Shown piece after piece: positions 23,421 to 36,621 of a DNA stretch of 64,000 nt. This stretch comes from Folioceros fuciformis (taxonomy: Eukaryota). Under the pieces are notes generated by a model that searched no databases, was not told the DNA's origin, and saw only the letters and a program-made list of their open reading frames with translations. The stretch covers positions 1 to 64,000 of the forward strand of contig JBNGIO010005877.1 in the NCBI GenBank assembly GCA_049999805.1, read 5' to 3'. Within the stretch, counting starts at the first letter, position 1, and every line of letters starts with the position of its first letter. A program made the translations under genes and the position numbers.

Positions 23421-25399
23421 TTACAAAGAGAAAGGGTACTTGCGTTGGAAAGGGAGGGGCAGGGTGACGCCAGACTGTACAGCAGCAGCTAGTAGGTCAG
23501 ATGAAGCATTAGCAGACGTCCCGCTCCGGGCAGGCAGATCGCCGGAGCAATAACGGACAACTTCCATCACCGATTTGGGAAAGAACCGATGCCGCTGTTC
23601 AGGCCTATCAACCGTCTCGATTCTAACGGGAACTTGATCACCGTCAGCACTTCTCCTTGCAGCGTCACGGCATAGTTCTTCACAAACTAGTGTTATTGCG
23701 GGGGCGCCAGCGGCACCATCGGCAAGACTGGAGGTCCCCGCAATAGAAACCGGACGAGCAAATTCCTTAGTAGGCTGCATCAAATCGTCTTGCTTCCCGA
23801 ATAGATCTGGAGAATCTAAGTTTTGCACTTCATCCCTTGCTCCAAAGCTGAAAGAGGATTCAGTTCGAGAAGCTACAGCTTCACCTTTGCTACCTTGGCC
23901 AACTTCATCTTGCCCAGACTGTTTAGAAGCTTGAGCTCCAGTGCCCCTCCCCTTAACTTCCTTTTCTTCACAACTTGGCAGTGTCTTGTAGCTCAAAAGC
24001 TTCACCTGATCCGGAGATACCTTGCTGGGCCGCACCACGGGACACGCCACAACTCCCCTTGGGCCATTTCCCAGACGCCGTATCGGGCAATGTTCTGCCC
24101 CAGCTTCACGTCTTTCGGATGGAGCATGTCCCTCCACCCGTTCTACAATAGAGGATGCTCGTTCTGACCCCTTTCCATCATCATCTTCACTAACATGGTA
24201 ATTGGTGGACATCCGCAACTTCCTCACGAGCGAAGCCTGTGCTTGGACAGCTGTTTCCGCCGGATCACCTCTCGAGATCCTTGCCGGTCTGGCCACTTTT
24301 GACTGTTGCGCTGCTCCACTGGCTTCTGCTGTACCATGTAGAGACTGAGGACTGACACCAGTTTGTTCCTGCTTCACAGTGTACGGAACCTTCTGCGTTT
24401 TCTCCTGCCTGCTGCCATGCCCTGGCCCTCCTTGAACACATTCGGCCGAATCACCCAAAAAAACCCTAGCCGGCCTGGCTATTACCGATTGTTGTGCTGC
24501 CGCACTATTTTCTACTGTTCCATGCGAACATGGAGGACTGCCACCAGTTTGCTCATGTTTCACAATGTGAGAAACCTTCTGCTTTTTGTTCTGCTTGTTG
24601 CTATGACTCGCACCTCCTTGATTAGCTTCGTCCGAATCACCTGTCGAAACCCTGGCACGTCTGAATACTTCTGACTGTTCCGCTACTCCACGGTCTTCAG
24701 TTATGCCATGCAGGGATTGAAGATTGCCACCAGTTTCATCCTCAGTCTTTCGCTCCAGCCTGTTGCAAGCATTGTAAAGCACAACAGCAACAACGGTGAG
24801 ATTACGATCTGACACCAGTAGGCACGGCGGATGTTCTAGGAACAATCTAGCACAATTAAAAGGCGGTAGTGCTTGACCAACCAATCGACTGTGTCCTCCT
24901 GAGCTCGATCCTGGTCCATCAAAGATGACCTCGCTGGACCACCACGACCAGGAGCCGGGCTTGAGCACGCGTCACTTCGGTCATCCTGGGGACTCTTCAG
25001 GACGCCACCATCCGCACATGAAGCGGCCGCCGACGGCTCCGCAAGGTCTCCACGGGAGATTCCGTACAAGCGTCTTCTTGGAGACTTGGACCGGTCACTC
25101 TCAAAAGCCCCGTTGAAACTATCTTTCGGAGAGCCCCATTCCACTCCATCTTGCGACTCCAAGTCTCCATAGTGGACCCTAGCACACTCGGGCGAGCTGG
25201 TGCTAACCGACCTTGTAGTGGGAGCTTCTGCTCTAGCGGGCCGGAGCTCTTCTGGAGTGAAATCTGCTGCGGCGTCCTTAGCTCTCCCACCTTCCCAATC
25301 CGGGAGAGAATTCAAAAGCTGCTCCTGCGAAGGCGAGATGAAACATTCCTCCGTGATCCGCTGCAATGCCATCGCCCCACATCCTCCCGCATTTCTCAT
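23421..25399 (-). CDS. Uncharacterised low-complexity protein with ~62-aa internal repeats, 2 exons
   Basis: ORFs 24836-25399 and 23421-24968 join in frame through a GT-AG intron 24881-24760 (...TVDW|LERKTEDETGG). The repeats are visible in both DNA and protein. Confidence 0.6.
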
Positions 25400-25632
25400 G
25401 GTTGCACAACCCCAACGGTAAACGCCTCCTCGCTAACTGGCGCTCTCATGCACAGAGGCAGTTAGGTCTAGTCTGGTTACGTTTCGTTTCGTCCCGTTCC
25501 GTTCCCCACAGCATAAGACCGTCGTCCGCCTGCCGAGAGGAGCAAAAAATCTGCCCGCTTTCCGCCGAGCTTCAGCTTGTGTGCGTTGTACGTCACTAGT
25601 GGTTCCCGCTGAATCTGCCAATTCCGCTCATC

Positions 25633-26589
25633 ATGGGCCTCGAGGTGAGCTGCTTCTGGTTTTCTGCGTGCGAGAATTCTGTGGCTAGCTTTGAGGGGGA
25701 TAGATTTCCGGGAATGCGATGGTGCTTGTCACGAGGTTTCGCTGACGTGAGAACTTGCGGCGATGCGGTGTTGGCGGTTTCTCTCCTGTGTAACGTGTGT
25801 GCTACTGGCGAGGGGCTGATTGCATGCGTGTGAACGTGAGTCCTAGGCAGCTTGTTGTGTCTGATGCATAGTGGTTTTCTGGTTTTGACGACACGCGACG
25901 GTACTATTTCTGCCTTGTTTGTTGTTCTTTTGAATTGAGCTGCTGTCTTTTGGAAGCCGTGTGAGGATGACGCAGCAGGTGTCTCTGGAACTGGAGTTGA
26001 CTAACTTTCTCTGACGCGTTTGGGAGCAAAGGTTTTTGCTGTTGCCGCGCATGTTTTGAGTTCCTGATGTGTCTGGATTCCAAGGATGCATACCAGAATT
26101 GTGCAGTATTTCGCAATGAGCCGGGACGCGCGTAAGTACGATTGTTGACTTGTGAATGGCAGGAGGACTTCAAGAAGGCGGCGGACGGCGCCCTGAAACT
26201 GCCAGAATCGACCAAAGATGATGACAAGCTTATTTTGTACGGATTGTTCAAGCAAAGCACCATCGGCGACGTGAATACAGGTAAATATTCGATGCCAGAG
26301 CTCCTCGTGTCTTGTGTGATATCACCGCGCTTGGCTGACAAGTGACTGTATCTGTCTCGCAGCTCGACCAGGACTCTTCGACTTGAAGGGGAAGGCTAAG
26401 TGGGACGCCTGGAACAATCTAAAAGGTAATTGATGACTCTGTGATTTGGCCGCTGCCTTCCCGCACCTTTGACACCGTTGGTATTGTAGCGTGGCCTAAT
26501 TCGGCCTTTGTCTTCTTCGTTCAGGCAAATCCAAGGAGCAGGCCCAGCGGGAGTACATCACCAAGGTGGAGCAGCTCGCAGAGGCATGA
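25633..26589 (+). CDS. ACBP: Small (class I) acyl-CoA-binding protein, 4 exons
   Basis: Exons 25633-25644, 26163-26280, 26363-26425, 26525-26589 give [20 protein letters not shown]...[59 protein letters not shown]. Confidence 0.93.
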
Positions 26590-26800
26590 GGACTGTCTCC
26601 GAGTAGGGCTCAGAGCCCTTTGGAGAACTCCTAGGGAAGCAATACGCTAGGGGATGGTGTTGGCGAGCATGGAGACGGACGATGTTGCTAAGCAGTTGAT
26701 TGCGTGGATACTACACATTACGTTTGGTCATAATACTACACAGTTCATTTGTTTTTCTCTCCGGCTGAGTATGTATTCAGATGAACACCATCACCGTAGC

Positions 26801-29578
26801 TCATAGGTTTCGCTCATGAGGCTCTAGCCAGGGATAGCCGATTGCATCAAACACGTCTTTCTCCGTTTTACAGAGCAGCCCGGATGCTCGCTGAGCCTCC
26901 TGCGGCGACAGGTCGACCTAACCATGTGAAGAGACAGGGCCGGCGAACTAAACGCAGAGGAAAGCGAGGGTCGGGGAAACCTACCTTGTGGCCGATAGCG
27001 TCCCGGAGGACGGGGAACAAGCCGTGGTCATCCAGCTTGTACCCCTTGCTTTCAGCTATGAGCCTCAACCTGCACATGCCAGCCCGTGATCACTGCAGGT
27101 GCCCGATGTCGTCAGACACAAAGACATCACCACACACCGAGGCCAGGACAATTTGCAGTACCTCCTGTTCAGAACATCGTTCCCCGTCCAGGCGATAAGT
27201 CCGAACGGATATTGCTCATACGGATACACCTGGGAAACGGCCACATGATGAACCCACGAGGCAAGCAGGCGTGCCGTGAACGGTACCAAGTGGACGGTAT
27301 TAGTAAAAACATTTCTCACCTTGAAGTCGATACGATGACGCTGTTCACGACCGGGATACTTGCAGAGTCCCAAAAAGGTGTCCACACCATGGTCGGTTCC
27401 CTGCTCAAACCCAGCAAGCTCGATTAGTCGAGGAGCAAAAGTTAAAAGGCTATGGATTACGAGCTTTCTCGCTTACATGAGAGCTGTGTTCTCCAAACAG
27501 TAGCTCTTCTGCTAGGAAATCCATTTCTCTCAGTTTCCGGACGAGGAGGACTAAGAAGCCAACGTGCCTGTCCGGACAAATGCACTGTCAGCTTTACCGA
27601 GGTTCTTGCATCGACGACTCGAATCATGGGGGACCCATCATCTTACCCCTGCCCATCAGGGTGTGTTATCACCAAGTCCATGTCACCACTGGTTGCCTTG
27701 CCCCGTCGGTAGGAGCCACCACAGACCACCACTATCTGCATGGATGCACCAAAGTCATTGCCTGGGAATCAGCGAGAAAGCCACGGCATTTACGATTGCC
27801 ACTTGGAGATTTACATTCGGTCTTATACTCTCAGCAGCCTTTCGAACAAGGGCCTCCATCTCTGTCACCTGCGGGAGCAGGCACGACGTCAGCCCAATAG
27901 GGCCAAACACTTAGTCCTCAGGAGTCGGGGGACACCGGAGGCTTCAGCTCACCTCATGCCTGGGGATACGCTTGTTGATGTCATCGTGGTAAATGATCCC
28001 CACCCTTTGTGAGGCAGTGAGAGATCTGTCACGAAGCACTTCTTCCAGCGTCCTGTAACCTTTCTCGTACAGCCTCTGCGCAGTTGTAGGGCCTATGCCC
28101 CATACCGATCCGAACAGGCTGAGTGTTCGTATCTGTTGTTACTTACAGCATCAACACCTTTGACAGAGCAGGACGGCTGTAACGGTCTTCGAGGTAGGTG
28201 CACAAAGTGAAGTGGACAACCTTCTCATCGATTCTGAAGTGCTCCAACTTGGACATGGTGCCAGTCTCTAGAATTTCTTGTATCTGCATATTGAAATATT
28301 ATACACCGTCTTCATAACTAGTACAGAACCCGCAACCCACTGGCTTGGAGGAAACGGAGGGCGTACATGTTCCTCCATACCCTTGCCGATGCTGGGGAGT
28401 CCCTTCACCTGTTTGACATTGGTGATTTTGAAAGGAACCTTTTCGATAGTCGAGGCAGCTTTGTAGTAACTGAACGACCTTCTGTCATCTCCCAGGGCTG
28501 CAAGATGAAGGTTATCTCATGACCCATGTTGTCACTCGAGGCAAGAAATGAAACCATTTTCATCACAATCTGGTAGCAAAACTTGCCATCCTTATATATG
28601 CCCCTGAGCTCATCAAAAAGGGCCGTGATTTCTGGGTTCTGGTTTGGAGGAGCACTATGAACAGACCTCTGAAAGAATGGTACCAATGGTTAGCACTGCT
28701 CTGAAGTAAAAGTGAGAGGGCTACAACTCTATCCCGCAAAAGCACAATCAACCTGCTCAACAGACTCAACTTCGCCCCCAGATGCTCTGTCGTCACTGCC
28801 CTCTTTCCCTGGATGGGGGTCCCTTGAAAGGAGTCCTGCTTTAGCTCTTCCCCTTATCATCGTCATCCAGTCATCTTCTCGACTGAGCGACTTCTGAGGC
28901 CTGTCATTTGTATCATCCCCGTCGCTACCTTCACTTGAATAAAGCTTTGAACCATATTCATTCTCGAGGGAATCAAACGGGGATAGGTCACTTAACGAGG
29001 ATGTGGCATCGGCATCTGGAGGAAACGTCAGGACATACTTCTCCACTGGCAACAGATTACCTGAAGTCAGGCAACCCTCTACCCAGTCATATCTCACCGG
29101 TACCTGCCACCAGCATGAACCAAACAAAAGCGTCAGACAACCCTTCCCAGTGAAATTCACCATTTTATTTTACTGCAGCTATGGAGGCCCCTACCGCTGC
29201 CAGCTTCTTCAACCTCTTCCCCTCCACTCTTTGGAGTAGAGCCTCAGTGTTGGCTGCAAAAATGTATGTAAGCTTCCTAGAGACTCGGTCTTCAACTGTG
29301 CCTCCCATTTGTCGAAACTTGTTCTTCCATATCTGAAACAACCGTAAGTATTCAGCTACATGGATGCTTTTGTCACAACTAGCCTCCTCACACCTCCACA
29401 GCTCGAGTCACGTCAAATCTCTAGACTGATACGTCTCCGATCCCGAAGAACAGAGTTTCATGAAGAGCCAAAGACTGCTCTGCTGTACACCAACAGAGAA
29501 TTGAGCTAATTCGGACACCTGCAATCGCTGGGGCTGAATTGCTTTCGGAACGAACAGCGCAACCCTTCCAGAAAACAT
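26801..29578 (-). CDS. POLL: DNA polymerase lambda (X family, BRCT + 8-kDa + polymerase domains)
   Basis: [11 protein letters not shown]...[11 protein letters not shown] (BRCT), [44 protein letters not shown]...[12 protein letters not shown], ending [12 protein letters not shown]. The start codon is uncertain (possible upstream exon to ~29766). Confidence 0.92.
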
Positions 29579-29930
29579 GTTCGTGCCGTCCAAGGCCAGC
29601 TTCCATCTCAATCTTCGCGTTTCTCCATACTACTCCCCAAATGCAAGCGAAGCGTCTCTGTAACCCACCTAAGCTGAAACTGCTATCCTGCAACGACGAG
29701 TGAACGCTACTCCGTGAGCGACGTTGCCGTGGACTTGCTCGCTGCCGAGGTTTTGTCTGACGCCATTTTGACCGGAGGCCGCATTTCTAGATCCTTCAGG
29801 TCAAGCTTCTTATTCGGTACATGTTCCTTCCACCGTTATTTCGACAAGGATTCGGACTAAAGAGGACATGCAAACCTGGAGAAAACGGTGCATCGTCCCC
29901 TTAGCCATGTCCGCCGAGTGTTCACGGTTT

Positions 29931-31967
29931 TCAGCTGCCTGCTGCGAGGGCCGCTTTCACGTCATCCATTAGGCTCTTCAACAGAGCAACAATCTCGTGC
30001 ATCTGCGGGTGGGTTGCATCATTTGCCACAAAACTGTGTACTTCAGCGGCTACACTTATACGGGTTACACCAGGAGTTTTCATGAGTCCTGCATCTTTCA
30101 TCCTGTCTCTGATGCATGACTGATCCTGCCACCTACCAGCTGCAGCGTATATGTTCGACATCAACACATACGCGGCAGTGTTCGAGGGATCAAGCTTGAC
30201 TAGACGCTCAAATGCACGTTTGCCAAGATCCACGTCACCGTGAGTTTGACATGCAGCAAGCATGGACGTCCATACCTCGGCATTATCTTGGACTGGAGAT
30301 GTGGTGATGAGCAATTCCGCATCGCTGAGATGACCCGCTCGACCGAGCAGGTCGATCATGCAGGCAAAATGTTTGGTCTTCGGCAAGACACCGTACTCAG
30401 CAGCCATGGATTGATATATGCGATAGCCCTCATCAATCAGGCCTGCTTGACTGCACGCGGAGAGTACACAGACCAAGGTGACCTCGTTCGGCTTCAAACC
30501 AGCTTCTTGCATCTGCGTGAAAAGCCGCAGAGCTTCCTGCCCTTGTCCGTGCTGAGCATAAGCCCCAATTATTGCACTCCATGAAATGACGTCCTTGTGT
30601 ACCAGGTTCGCAAAGACCTTCCATGCCTCATCCAAGCTCCCACATTTCGCATACATGTCCAGCAGAGTATTACCAACAAGCGTGTCCGACTCCAATCCAC
30701 ATTCAGCAACACGCACATGAACCTGCTGCCCTATCTCCAGGTCCGCCAAACTGGCACACGCTCTGAGGACTATCAAGAAAGTCACCATATTCGGCTCTAC
30801 GCCCTGGTCCTGCATTAGCCCATAAAGCTCTAGAGCTTCCTTTCCAAACTCATTCTGCAAGTAGCCCCCCAGCATCGAATTCCAGGACACCAGATCCTTA
30901 TCCACCATACTGTCAAACACTCTCCTCCCCTCGTCCGCACGTCCACATCTACAATACATATCGACGACGGAGTTGGCAAGACCAACATCCAGGTCCCCCG
31001 ATCTGACAAGCAGCCCATGAATATGCCTCCCCCGATCCACGGCCCCGGCGCTCCCACATGCCTGCAACACACTCCCAAGTGTGACCTTATTAGGCTCCAC
31101 ACCCCCCTCCAGCATACGGTCAAACACCTCCAAAGCCTCCTTCCCCATCCCATGCCGCGCGTACCCTCCAACCATCGCCGACCACATCACCACATTCCTC
31201 CCCCGCACGCCGTCGAACACTTTTTTCGCATCAGCCATCCTCCCCAAAGTGGCGTACATGCGAACGAGCGTGCTTCCGATAAACACATTAAGCTCCATCC
31301 CTTGAGCCCGCAGCCCCTCCACCAGCTCCATCACTTCCTCCCTGCACCCCGCCTTAGCACACGCCGAGATCATAGCACCCCACAGCACCACATCCCTCCT
31401 GGGAACATCCACATTATCAAAAACCTGCCGCGCTCGATCCAAGCTCCCGCACTTGGCATACATATCCACCAGCGCGCTGGCCACCCTAATGTCCCCCTCC
31501 ATCCCCGCGTCCGCCAAATGCGTATGGACCATCTCCCCCTGCGCCAGCGCCCTGACGCTGCCGCACGCCTTGAGAACCGCCACATACACATACCCGTTAG
31601 CCTTCACCCGGGCACGCATCTCCTGGTACAGCGCGATCGCCTGCCGCGCCTGCCCGTGCGCAGCGTGCCCTGAGATGACCGCCTCCAGGGACACCGCGTT
31701 CGGCCGGGCCATCGCTCGAAAGACCTCATTCGCCTCATCCAAGCTCCCGCATGCAGCGAACACCCGCACCAGACCGTTCGCCAGTAGCACGTCCGACATG
31801 AGCCCTTCCCCCTCCACCACGGCCCTGAGCCGCCGGCCGGATGCCAGGTCCTTCTCCTTGGCGCAGGCCTGCAAGGCCCCGTGCAACACCTCCCTGAACG
31901 GGGCCGCCGGCGCCGGAAGCTTCCCAGCTCCTGCTTTCCTGATCACTCCCGCCACACCGCCTTTCAT
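29931..31967 (-). CDS. PLS-class PPR protein, E+ subclass
   Basis: Intronless 678-aa ORF with PLS repeats, E1/E2, then KTPGVTRI...HSFVANDATHPQMHEI, stopping before the DYW core. Confidence 0.92.
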   Translation of the reverse strand: MKGGVAGVIRKAGAGKLPAPAAPFREVLHGALQACAKEKDLASGRRLRAVVEGEGLMSDVLLANGLVRVFAACGSLDEANEVFRAMARPNAVSLEAVISGHAAHGQARQAIALYQEMRARVKANGYVYVAVLKACGSVRALAQGEMVHTHLADAGMEGDIRVASALVDMYAKCGSLDRARQVFDNVDVPRRDVVLWGAMISACAKAGCREEVMELVEGLRAQGMELNVFIGSTLVRMYATLGRMADAKKVFDGVRGRNVVMWSAMVGGYARHGMGKEALEVFDRMLEGGVEPNKVTLGSVLQACGSAGAVDRGRHIHGLLVRSGDLDVGLANSVVDMYCRCGRADEGRRVFDSMVDKDLVSWNSMLGGYLQNEFGKEALELYGLMQDQGVEPNMVTFLIVLRACASLADLEIGQQVHVRVAECGLESDTLVGNTLLDMYAKCGSLDEAWKVFANLVHKDVISWSAIIGAYAQHGQGQEALRLFTQMQEAGLKPNEVTLVCVLSACSQAGLIDEGYRIYQSMAAEYGVLPKTKHFACMIDLLGRAGHLSDAELLITTSPVQDNAEVWTSMLAACQTHGDVDLGKRAFERLVKLDPSNTAAYVLMSNIYAAAGRWQDQSCIRDRMKDAGLMKTPGVTRISVAAEVHSFVANDATHPQMHEIVALLKSLMDDVKAALAAGS

Positions 31968-32458
31968 CGCCGAGCAGCCGGCGACCTCGTCCGGAGCTCA
32001 TCACTGGACTCAGTGGAGACGCAGATGGCGGAGCGGACAAGTCCATCGCCCCGGTTGCCATGCTTCTACTACAAGCGTAACCTAACAGCGAAGAAAGAGC
32101 GATGCGAAGCGCACATACGCTAACGACAGTTTTCAGTTACGCGGTGGAGTAACATGTAACGCACACGAGATTGGACGATGGCGCGTGACGCGCGTTTTTT
32201 GGATTCCCGACTCCTGGACTCTTAGGGGCCGGAAGCTCCGCGGCATAAGAGGCGCTTTGGACTGTACTGCTGCGTTCAAACGGCGTTCCCTCGCGGCTAC
32301 CAGAGGCAGTGGCTGGGATCGCAACACAGCGTGCTTTCTGTATCGGGAGCGCATTGGGGGCATCGCCCACACCACAGATGTTGAAGATCTGCGGAAATTA
32401 GGGAAGATCTGCGGAGTTTGTCTGTTGGAACATTGGCATCCAGGGAGGAGGAAGTGAG

Positions 32459-33157
32459 ATGGGTCAGTGGCAGCTGGACTCGTGCTGCAATGGGGATCAG
32501 CTGGCGTTTGTGATCACCGTGGGGGTGTTCATCTTCGTGATTTTGGCGCTATGGCGGACGCCGTTGCTGCTGCCGTTCAAGCTCATCACAGTCTTCCTGC
32601 ACGAGCTCAGCCACGCCATTGCGTGCAAGCTCACGTGCGGGCACGTGGAGAGCATCAAGGTTCACGCCAATGAGGGCGGGGCTACGCGCACCAGAGGGGG
32701 GGTGTCGTGGGTCATTCTGCCGGCGGGGTACCTCGGATCGTCCTTCTGGGGGTTGGTGCTGGTGGTGATGTCCGTGCGGTGGATCCCGTGCCAGGTCGCG
32801 GCCGGGCTGCTCATATTCTCGCTGCTGGTGGTGTTGTTGAAGGCGGATAATTGGACTTTGCGGTTCCTTGCCGTGGGGTTCATTCTTTTCCTGGGGCTGG
32901 TGTGGTTGCTGGAGTACAAGACCGTGGTGCACATTCTCCGCTACTGTGTGCTCTTCATCGGGGTCATGAATGGTCTCTTCTCTATTTACGATATCTATGA
33001 CGACACCATCTCGAGGAGGGTGAACTCCAGCGATGCGGAGAGGTTTGCCGAGATCTGTCCTTGCTGCAATGGCTGTGGTTGGGGCATGGTATGGGGCTTC
33101 ATCTCTGTCGTCTTTCTCATGCTAGGCGTCTACTTAGCTTTGGTTATCGTAGACTGA
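32459..33157 (+). CDS. Peptidase M50B-like membrane metalloprotease, single exon
   Basis: HELSH (HExxH), GGVSWVILPAGYLGS, several hydrophobic segments and IYDD...SSDAERFA. Confidence 0.88.
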   Translation: MGQWQLDSCCNGDQLAFVITVGVFIFVILALWRTPLLLPFKLITVFLHELSHAIACKLTCGHVESIKVHANEGGATRTRGGVSWVILPAGYLGSSFWGLVLVVMSVRWIPCQVAAGLLIFSLLVVLLKADNWTLRFLAVGFILFLGLVWLLEYKTVVHILRYCVLFIGVMNGLFSIYDIYDDTISRRVNSSDAERFAEICPCCNGCGWGMVWGFISVVFLMLGVYLALVIVD

Positions 33158-33538
33158 TACGTGATTCGACGTACTTGTCCTTCCCCGCGTACGGGAGGGA
33201 CACTCTTTCTCTCATTATTTGTAACATTGATCAGTGCTGTGCATTCTCCGAGAACCATACCGGTGGAAAAATCCAGTGTGTGTTTACAAGGGTCCCTCTT
33301 TAAGACATCACACTTGCCCGATTCGGCCGGAATCCAGATTAAAACTTTCAAATTTTTTCGAACCAGCTCAGTGGCCGTTGTGTGGTGCCAATACTAGCAG
33401 CGCAAACATGTACTGAGAGTAGAAATAAGGTGGCACCAGTTGAGCAATACCAATTGTCATCCGCAGGTACCACCATTCTCTGAGTCCATCACGTGCTCCT
33501 TCAACAAATATCTGTACACCGAGCCATAAGATGGCACC

Positions 33539-34339
33539 TCAAGACGGCTGACTGCCAGGAATAGAAGGAACCTGTGGACCATTTCCAGTCATCCTTTGCG
33601 CTGGGGGAGGACCCGTCATCGACAGCGACTGGTATTTGGTGTCGTGCTGTTGTAACTCCCTAAACTCCTGACAAATAGCACACTGATGGCAGAAGAAGTG
33701 CGTCGGGCAGTCTCCACAGGGTGTGTCCTGCTCAAATGCAACACCACCGTACACAGCTTGAAACCGATCTGCCAAAGAGCAGCAAGCCAAACACAAGGAA
33801 TGCCCCATAACTCGCAAAGCCTCGTACCTCCAAGTTGTACTTTGCTCTTAACGCACTCCTGTATCCACAAGCATAACACGAGACACAGGAACCGAGTACT
33901 CCAAAAGGTGACCCCGCATAACAGCAGCCACTTGTCAACACACCCCACAGCAAGCAGTGAAGGACGCAGGGCCCAACCCACGGTCTCCCCTCCAGAAGCT
34001 CAACGTTACGGCCAAACAGGTAACAAGGGCACCAGAGTCCCAGACAACCTGTTGGGAAGCAGAAGAATTAGCTCACAGGACACAAATCCATCGCCAAAGT
34101 GCAGCTCAAGTCAGTCAAACAACAACAACAACACACAAAGAAGGTAATAGTAGGAACACACAGATTTGCAGGTCATCAAAACAAGCACAGATGCCCGATG
34201 ACCACCGCTCAGGTTCATGGTGCCCGCTTCTAATTAAATTCGCCGCTTCCACTTCCACCGAAATTTCACCGCCTTGCTCGCCGTCATCTAGAGCCGCGAC
34301 ATATCCAGGCGGTACATAGGCTCCTCCCGCTGCCTTCAT
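33539..34339 (-). CDS. PLAC8 / cell-number-regulator (PCR/CNR) family protein
   Basis: WSSGICACFDD, CVSCYACGYRSALRAKYNL, PCGDCPTHFFCHQCAICQEFREL across short GT-AG introns. Confidence 0.88.
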
Positions 34340-35249
34340 CACCTCCTAACAATTTCATACATACACAAGTGTGAAGGATGAAATGAAACAAGGCAAGGCA
34401 AGGCCACCACAGGCTCGATCACTCATCAGCTAGCTAAAACCTAGGAATCCGCATGGCGCTCCATCTCCAGGGTTCTACAGCAATCCAGAACCCGGCGAGG
34501 ACCACTTGTAAGCCATTCCACAAAGCATCCATCCCTCCACAACCCGCGCTACAATATATCCTGCCTTGCCACACACGTTCTACACAGCTCATGCTCTACC
34601 TCAATTATGGCGCGAAGAAACCTAGCTCCGAATGCCACAGCCGGAGACAGAGGAAGCGGATGCAGGGGACGCCCTTCCCTTCACCGCGCTCACTGCTTTG
34701 TTAACCACGCAACCGCTAAATGGGCCATCGTCCAGCAACCATGTCACCGAATCTGTGGGGACACTCCGCGCTGAACTCAACGCTGACGTTTAGTTTTCGG
34801 AAAATTCTTCTACATACACTCGTGTTATCGTACATACATACATTCGTTGTCGGACTCGGAAAACGTCTTTGAACATCTTTGTGTTTGGGCGATGAAAGAG
34901 TCATGTAGTAGTAGTAATGTAATACGTGCCGGTCCCAACGTGCTCACCATACCACTTGCCTCCTTACTTTCATAAGACGTGCCCCTTAAAATAAATATAT
35001 AGTATAAAATAATTAAAAAATGAAAAGAATCCAAAACAGGGAGGAACAAATTCCTGCCTAGTCCACCTTGTGCTGATAGTCGCCGGTTTGTGATGAGGAA
35101 ACTGGGAGGGATAAACCTCCGCCGGATTTCGATGCGGAGTTGAGCTAGCTGGTCTCATGACGCCGTGGGAAAAGGCGTCGGCCTTGCGGTTCGGATAGCG
35201 GAGGCAGCATGCCAATGGGGCACCCTGACCAGAGGCACAAATATCAGGA

Positions 35250-35290
35250 CCCTTATCTCCTATCCTCTCGCCCTGGACGTGTGGCTGCCT
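35250..35290 (+). promoter_or_regulatory. Putative light-responsive elements upstream of PsaD (I-box-like CTTATC; ACGT-core box)
   Basis: CCTTATCT at ~35251-35258 and GACGTGTGGC at ~35276-35285, 125-160 nt upstream of the PsaD ATG. Motif match only. Confidence 0.3.
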
Positions 35291-35410
35291 CACTTTAGGC
35301 GCGCATTCCTCCCGTCCCCTATCGACCTTCGCTGCCTCCACACCTGGGGACTGCGCCTCTGCTCTCCGCGTTCTTCCACCGAATTCCGAACCCTCTCCCG
35401 GACTGCAGCT

Positions 35411-36022
35411 ATGGCGGCCATGACGACAGCCGCGACCGCCGTGGTGGCAGCGGCCGCGCCCGCCGTGGCCAGGGAGAGCAGCTCCACCGGCGTGCGGGCC
35501 CGCTCGTCGGCGTTGTTCGGGCAGAGAATGCAGGCTGTGTGTGCAGGAGCCAGGGTGAGCATGACAGCTGCGGAGGCCGAGGCGCCGGCCGGGTTCACTC
35601 CCCCGGAGCTCAAGCCCGACACTCCCTCGCCTATCTTCGGGGGCAGCACCGGCGGCCTGCTGCGCAAGGCGCAGGTGGAGGAGTTCTATGTCATCACCTG
35701 GGAATCTCCTAAGGAGCAGATTTTCGAGCTTCCTACTGGGGGCGCGGCCATCATGCGCTCCGGCCCTAATCTGCTCAAGCTGGCCCGCAAGGAGCAGTGC
35801 CTGGCGCTGGGAACCAAGCTCAGGACCAAGTTCAAGATCCAGTACCAATTCTACAGAGTGTTCCCCAACGGAGAAGTGCAGTACCTGCACCCCAAGGACG
35901 GAGTCTACCCCGAAAAGGTGAACGCTGGCAGGAAGGGAGTGGGAATCAACACCCGCAGCATCGGCAAGAATGTCAATCCTGCTACCGTCAAGTTCACAGG
36001 AAAGACAGCCTTCGACTTGTAG
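35411..36022 (+). CDS. PSAD: Photosystem I reaction centre subunit II (PsaD) with transit peptide
   Basis: [25 protein letters not shown]...[10 protein letters not shown]...[17 protein letters not shown], after an Ala/Ser-rich transit peptide from ATG 35411. Confidence 0.97.
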   Translation: MAAMTTAATAVVAAAAPAVARESSSTGVRARSSALFGQRMQAVCAGARVSMTAAEAEAPAGFTPPELKPDTPSPIFGGSTGGLLRKAQVEEFYVITWESPKEQIFELPTGGAAIMRSGPNLLKLARKEQCLALGTKLRTKFKIQYQFYRVFPNGEVQYLHPKDGVYPEKVNAGRKGVGINTRSIGKNVNPATVKFTGKTAFDL

Positions 36023-36621
36023 ATTGTGGGCTGCCCTGGCTGACTTCATCCGCCGCTGTATCGTGTACAGTTTCTTGTAGTCCGTCCTATGAATGACGCC
36101 ACATTCTGTTCCTCCCTGCCTTGTCTCCGTTTGGTTTGGTGTTGCGTCACATCGATGGCGACTCCTGATTGAGACTTGGCATGCATCCCGGCTGATCGAT
36201 GGCACAGGCTTTCTGCCACCTGACTGGCTTGTCCGTCAGAATGTGTAGACCATTTGTCCCTCCGACTTAAGTTCTTAGAGGGAACAGAAAGCTCAATCAG
36301 CGGCTTTCTGCCCAGTATGGCATTGGATATAAGATTGGTTGTGATCGAAAGCATTGTTTTTGCACGCAGAAATGCATTTCCCGCCGAACGAGTTTGGGTC
36401 TCAAATTAATCTTTGACTTCAATCGTTGAATTCAAGTTTCCTCTGCAATGTCTCATCGTGCGTCTACACAATCAGTGAAGAACGCGCTGGCGTCCGTCAC
36501 AGGAGAGATAACGGTATTGTTCTGTTTCGAAATTGTAGTGTCAAAATTTCGGCATCTGAACACCAGATGATTCCAAGATCCGCCTGACATGATGATATCC
36601 CCAGGGTGTCGCCAGCAAGCG

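Noticed and set aside
35165..35410. N-terminal extension of the PsaD ORF in the ORF track
   Set aside because: It starts at GTG and covers promoter/5' UTR sequence. ATG 35411 gives a normal transit peptide.
34970..36205. 411-aa ORF antisense to PsaD
   Set aside because: Shadow ORF of a GC-rich coding strand, with no recognisable domain.
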